Translations under genes and position numbers: made by a program
In this document: positions 58,729 to 64,000 of the stretch, piece after piece
Numbering within the stretch: position 1 is the stretch's first letter
Layout: each line of letters begins with the position of its first letter
Source: Methanotrichaceae archaeon
Lineage (GTDB): Archaea; Halobacteriota; Methanosarcinia; Methanotrichales; Methanotrichaceae
Length of the DNA: 64,000 bases
Direction of reading: 5' to 3'
Assembly: GCA_963803145.1 (NCBI GenBank)
Contig: CAWDLW010000008.1
Coordinates: 96,001 to 160,000 of the forward strand
Notes under the pieces: generated by a model
The model's database searches: none
The model's input: the letters and a program-made list of their open reading frames with translations, nothing else
What the model was told of the DNA's origin: nothing

Positions 58729-58823
58729 TCATCGTTAGTCTAAAATCGTCTTAAAGACTAAATGAGGCTGATCTTTCTCCTGTAAAAAGGTTGCGCTACA
58801 GCCTCATGAGCAGCCTCGTAAGC

Positions 58824-59693
58824 TCACGGTTTCATGAAAGCCTGGAGCGCATTCTTTAAGCTGCCGTCCGGAACTGTACCCGAGACCTCTGTCAGGGAGC
58901 CCTTATTCGAGAGGAACAGGCCATACTGCCCTGCAATTCCCTTGATTTTATCCAAAGCAGCCGTGTCCGGGCTCAAGTATTTGGCATCGAGGCTGTATCC
59001 GCTATCGATCTTGCTCACTCCCAGGTAGAACTCCTTATATCCGCCGCCAAGCGTCACGTTCATACCTCCAGTGCTTTTGCCGAGAGCAGCAAACTGCAGA
59101 TCTGCGATCTCGCCCTGAGGAAGTGTGAACTTATCTGAGGATAGGTTACTTCCTGAAATAACGTTAATTACGTTCTCAAGGCCCTTATTAGGCCCGAAGA
59201 TTGTCGGCCTTCCCATTACTGCGGAATAATCTGCGGTGCTGGGGATCAGCATGTAGCCCTGGTAGGGCAATACTATGCCGTCATAGCCCACATGGAACGG
59301 CCTGATCCAGTGGAACTCAGCGAATGTGTTGTTAAAGTAGGCGACTGCAAATCTTTCGATACTGACTGGATAAAGCTGCGACCCATAGCTCAATGCGAGC
59401 GATGGTGGGAGGGCTGCCTGGGCAGCGCCCGTCAGATTTTGACTGGCGCTTGTGTTCAGCCAATATGCCATTGTCGTGTTCTCAGGACACATCGCAAGTG
59501 TATCTTCCAAGCTATTGAAGCTCGAATCTACAAGACTGCCTTGTACTCCAAAGGTGTCAAGGGACACCGGTCCTGCTGTAGCTACAGCGTTCACGCCTTG
59601 ATCGTTGCCTCGAAGAATGAAGCCCGCGAAGGCCGAGAGGACCATTATTCCCCCAACGAAGATCGCAAATACCTTCTGATTCATCTTGCACAT
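58824..59693 (-). CDS. Membrane-anchored/secreted hypothetical protein
   Basis: N-terminal TM (VFAIFVGGIMVLSAFAGF); 289-aa ORF. Confidence 0.75.
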   Translation of the reverse strand: MCKMNQKVFAIFVGGIMVLSAFAGFILRGNDQGVNAVATAGPVSLDTFGVQGSLVDSSFNSLEDTLAMCPENTTMAYWLNTSASQNLTGAAQAALPPSLALSYGSQLYPVSIERFAVAYFNNTFAEFHWIRPFHVGYDGIVLPYQGYMLIPSTADYSAVMGRPTIFGPNKGLENVINVISGSNLSSDKFTLPQGEIADLQFAALGKSTGGMNVTLGGGYKEFYLGVSKIDSGYSLDAKYLSPDTAALDKIKGIAGQYGLFLSNKGSLTEVSGTVPDGSLKNALQAFMKP

Positions 59694-59711
59694 TCGTGGG
59701 GTCCTTATTAT

Positions 59712-61160
59712 TTATCTCTTTTCTGGCAGAATTGGCTCATCCTGGACGAACCCTCTTCCTAAGGCTAAAGCAATCTCAGCCTTCTCGAGCTCTCGGCCAA
59801 GGTAGCCTGCATGATCCAGCCGCGAAATTAGCTTTCGGTCTATAATATTATTCAAAATGTCTCTCGAATTTGTGCCTACAATCCTTACCCTCGCATGCTC
59901 TGCTACAATCAATCCCTCCGCGATGAATATCCTGAAGCTGCCCATGGGATCGGGCTCATACTTATGTGAGCCTGATGCCTCTACGAAATCATCCGGAATC
60001 GCCTCTTCGAATCTGCGCCTTTTCTCTTTTAAGATAAGAAGATCTATACCAAGATCTTTGGGAGGAGCTTTACGCCAGCTCGCAAGCTGCATCATGTCAG
60101 CTGCAGTCTTAAGCTCGCTAACACTTCCCTTGGCCTTCTGGCTATACTCAGGCGTGAAGAGAATACTTGCCCCCATCTCTGCGCCGAGAGCTGTCAGGAG
60201 CGCGTTTACTCCTTGAGAGTCTGCGTCCATTAGCTCTGTAACGTTTCCAGCTCCAAAGAAAAGCGGTACATCAGGATGATCCCTTTTGAATTTGATGTAG
60301 CTTTGTAGAGATGCCGCGAGTCCTTGAAGCGGCGGGCTCAGCACAGGATCCGCTATGGTCTTTATGCCCAGGGCTTGTGCAGCCAATAAGTTTTCTTCCA
60401 GGCTGATTTGGCCAGGGCCCGGTATTACAACTGCTATTGTACCTGCTTTTGCAATGGCGTCTCCCACACGCGGCAGGTTCTCGCCGTTCAGACTTAAAAT
60501 GAGATCTGCGCCAGCGAGAGCGCCTGCGAGGATTAAATCAGGCCTGACGGCATCCACACTTATCGGCAGATCCGTTGCGCCTCTAGCGGTTTTGATAGCT
60601 TCAGCGACCCCATTAGGCTCCGCATCCAGAGGCAGGCCGAGGTCTATCATATCTGCCCCTTGATCCTCGTAGTAGCATATTTTCCTCACAAGATCATCGT
60701 GATCAAGCCTTGTCGCATCGACTATCTCTGCCAGAACTTTCATCCTTGAACTGCCGCCGATTTTGACGTTTTTTATCATAAGATTTTGAGTTGCCTCAGA
60801 CTCAAGCTGCTGAAGCGCAGACTTTGCTTCCCTTTTCAGTCTCTCCTCAAAGAGGACGCAGGCAGGCACAGTGTGCGAAAGCTCAATCTCGTCCAGGTGT
60901 GCGAGAACAAAGCCCAGGTCGGCAGCATGTTTAGGGCCCAGCCTGATCTTTGTATCAAGAGCTTTCTCGGCCTTTGTGAAGTCGGCGGTAATGGCTCCCG
61001 GAACAAGGATGAGATCATAACCCTTTGGGGCAGAGGAAACAAGTATCTCAGGAGTTATGAATGCAGCTATATCCAGGTCGAGCACGAGTACATCTGTCCC
61101 ACGTGCTGAATCCATTACGAGATCTTGGGCGAGCCTTCCCGTGACGACGAGAATCTTCAT
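59712..61160 (-). CDS. Dihydropteroate synthase-like protein with C-terminal DUF4346 domain
   Basis: MKILVVTGRLA, LAEIVDA, GADMIDLG, FFGAGNVTEL.DADS.GVNA, HAGYLGREL.KAE. Confidence 0.9.
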   Translation of the reverse strand: MKILVVTGRLAQDLVMDSARGTDVLVLDLDIAAFITPEILVSSAPKGYDLILVPGAITADFTKAEKALDTKIRLGPKHAADLGFVLAHLDEIELSHTVPACVLFEERLKREAKSALQQLESEATQNLMIKNVKIGGSSRMKVLAEIVDATRLDHDDLVRKICYYEDQGADMIDLGLPLDAEPNGVAEAIKTARGATDLPISVDAVRPDLILAGALAGADLILSLNGENLPRVGDAIAKAGTIAVVIPGPGQISLEENLLAAQALGIKTIADPVLSPPLQGLAASLQSYIKFKRDHPDVPLFFGAGNVTELMDADSQGVNALLTALGAEMGASILFTPEYSQKAKGSVSELKTAADMMQLASWRKAPPKDLGIDLLILKEKRRRFEEAIPDDFVEASGSHKYEPDPMGSFRIFIAEGLIVAEHARVRIVGTNSRDILNNIIDRKLISRLDHAGYLGRELEKAEIALALGRGFVQDEPILPEKR

Positions 61161-61382
61161 GCGCTTGGGATATACCTCAAGGCTAAAAACCCTATCCGAA
61201 AACGAAAGAGGCAGATGAATTTGGCCTATTTTGTTATAGAAATTTAGTCATGACGATACCAGAAGAGAGATAATACTAAATAGTTGGATACTTAATTAAT
61301 GAAAAATTAAAGAAGCTATTGCTTTTCGGCTGACATAACAGAGCTGTGAGGAAGCCCAGGAATACAGCTGGCTCTCCTTGCT

Positions 61383-64000
61383 ATGGAGAACGCCGCGGAT
61401 CACAAAGAGCTGTCTTCGTTCGCAGGGAGGGCAATGAAGGATAAAACCAAATCGGACCCTGACAACAACTTGTGCCAGCAGCCAGAGGATTATTTAATGA
61501 ATGGCAGAAATAATCCAGTCGGCTCTGAGGAGGAGGCGGCTAGCAAAGATGCCCTTGCGCTTGTTCACAAGCTGGAGGCACACCAGATTGAGCTTGAGAT
61601 GCAAAATGAGGAGCTGAGGCTGTCAAAGCTTGAGATGGAAAATGCGCTGGCAAAGTACTCAGATCTCTATGACTTCGCGCCTATCGGATTGTTCACCCTT
61701 GATGAGAATAGGCAAATCCTTGAGGTCAACATTGCTGGGGCGGAACTCCTAGGAATGAAAAGGGGCAGCCTATTGAACGGGCGTTTTGAATTATTTGTTG
61801 CACGGGAGGATCGTCAATCCTTTGTCGCTTTCTGTGAATCGGCGTTTGAGACCTCTGCCAGGCAAACCTGTGAGCTGAGTCTTCTCAGGGATGAAGTACC
61901 TGCAGTCTATGCCTGTATCGAAGGCATGGCCGCTGGATATAGCATGCCGGACGGAAGACAACTCAGGATCGCAGTTATGGATATCACTGAGCGCAAGCAA
62001 GCGGAAGATAGTTTGCGCCATGAGCGAGGAAAAGTTCCGGCTGGCATTTGAAAATGCACTTGTAGGAATAGCGCAGACAGATGCTGATAAACGGATATTG
62101 CAGATCAATCAGGAGTTCTGCCGGATGCTGGGCTATACGAAAGAAGAGCTTCTAGGCCGACGCATATTTGATTTTGTCCACCCTGACGATCTAGGTGCCT
62201 GTATCGTCGAGTCAAACCGTGTAAAAAACGGGGCGATCCCAAAGGTATCATTTCAAAAAAGGTATCTTCGCGGGGATGGAGCCCAGATTTGGGCCGATGT
62301 CGCAATTTCAGTGATCTTTCAAGACAAAAGCAAATCGCAGCTCAGTTTAGTTGTCGCCCGGGACATAACACAGCAGAAGATGGCCGAGGAGGCTCTTCAT
62401 GAGAGCGAAAAGAGGTTCCGGGATGCAATTGATAATTTTCCCAATGTCTTCGTAATCTACGATGAGGATAGAAGGGTTCGGTTTGTCAACTCCAAGGGCC
62501 TTCAGATATTAGGGCTCTCAGAGAAGGATGTAGCAGGACTGAAGGATGAGGAGATCTTCCCTCCGGAGATGATCGACTCATACCTTCCGGCACTTCTCCG
62601 CGCTGTTGAGACAAAGACGCCTCTGACTTTGGAGCGCACCAGGCCTAAAAGCATGGGCGGTCAGGTAATTATGATAAACATCATACCTTTGCTTGATGAG
62701 CACGGGATGGTTCGCAGAATCCTCGGCATAACCCACGATATCACCGAGCGCAAACTGGCGGAGGATGCGTTGAGACGAGCGAGGGACGAGCTGGAGCTGA
62801 GGGTTGACGAAAGGACAGCTGAGCTCATTAAGATCAACGAAGATCTGATAAAAGCGAAGGAAGCTGCAGAAGCTGCAGATGTAGCCAAATCTCAGTTCCT
62901 TGCTACAATGAGCCATGAGCTAAGGACACCCCTGAACGCTGTCATAGGCATGACATCCCTCCTTTTGAATGAGCGTCTGCCGCCTGAACAGATGGACTCC
63001 ATTGAGATAATCAGGACCAGTGGAGAAGCCCTCCTCGCCCTTATCAATAAAATTCTAGATTTCTCGAAGATGGAAAAGGGCAAAATGGATCTGGAGAGAC
63101 AGCCCTTTGAGCTGCGAAGGTGTATCGAGGAATCCGTCCAACTCCTTACGGGAGAGGCATCCAATAAAAATCTGAAGCTGGCTTACCTGATAGATGGAGA
63201 TGTTCCAAATATAGTCATAAGCGATCAAATGAGGCTACGCCAGGTGCTTGGAAACCTGCTCTCCAATGCTGTCAGGTTTACGGATAAAGGAGAGGTTACA
63301 ATTTCGGTCTCAAGCAGACAGAAGATGTGGGATCTTTATGAGTTTCACTTCTCAGTCCGTGATACGGGCATAGGCATCCCACATGATAAGGTGCATAAGC
63401 TCTTCAAGCCCTTCAGCCAGGTAGATGCATCTAACACACGCAAGTATGGCGGCACCGGCCTTGGTCTTGCTATCTGCAAGAACCTCGTCGAGATGATGGG
63501 CGGAAGGATCTGGGCGGAGAGCGAGACCGGGAAGGGATCGATCTTCCATTTTACGATTTTTGCTCAAGCCTTTCCAAACGGGAATTTTGTTACTCAAGGA
63601 TCTGAAATGCAAAATCTTGATTTGCAAAAGCCTGCACTACAGGAGGACGATCTCAAAAAAGATCTGGATAGGAATCTGCGCATACTGCTGGCAGAGGATA
63701 ATCTGCTGAACCAGAAGGTGACAATGAGAATGCTTAGTAAACTCGGCTATCCTGCAGATGCTGTGGCGGATGGACGGGAAGTTCTTTCGGCACTGGAGCG
63801 CCAGCCCTACGATGTTGTGTTCATGGATATGCAAATGCCTGAGATGGACGGCTTGGAGGCGACCAGAATCATCCGCCGGAAGTTGGGGATAGTGAAGCAG
63901 CCGAGGATAATAGCACTAACTGCACATGTCCTGGAGGGAGACAGGGAGCGGTGTATTGAATCCGGGATGGACGATTATATCGCCAAGCCCGTAAATATTG
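61383..64000 (+). pseudogene. PAS hybrid histidine kinase split by a 1-nt frameshift near 62019; runs off the window end
   Basis: 5' part (HQIELEMQNEEL, PAS) ends at DITERKQAEDSLR. The +1 frame from ATG 62020 reads SEEKFRLAFENA... through PAS, H-box (FLATMSHELRTPLN), HATPase and receiver to 64000. Confidence 0.82.

Overview
64-kb chromosomal segment of a methanogenic archaeon. Gene content and style point to Methanothrix/Methanotrichaceae; this is an inference, not a lookup. The housekeeping backbone includes surE, a Trm5/Taw2-like methyltransferase, HDAC, an XPD/Rad3 helicase, pyrBI, an FKBP PPIase, leuA-tatD, rpl7ae-rps28e-rpl24e-ndk-infB and a DHPS-like gene. Interspersed are: (i) a kaiC-kaiB-kaiB-kaiB-PAS hybrid kinase cluster; (ii) four long PAS hybrid histidine kinases that share recently copied modules, one split by an IS630 element and one frameshifted; (iii) a ~7.5-kb accessory island (27.2-34.8 kb) with AbrB, three paralogous secreted proteins, a HEPN protein, a NYN protein, two hicB genes whose hicA toxins are internally deleted, and a 20-bp motif repeated five times; (iv) a 1.2-kb very AT-rich gap; (v) several gene relics missed by the ORF track. 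The best candidate for an undescribed mechanism is a 12-codon, probably leaderless uORF ending in CTT-CTA-TGA (Leu-Leu-stop) behind an internal SD-like sequence. It lies one frame away from leuA, a prfB-like layout that could be a leucine-sensing +1 frameshift. No rRNA, intact tRNA or CRISPR array was recognised.
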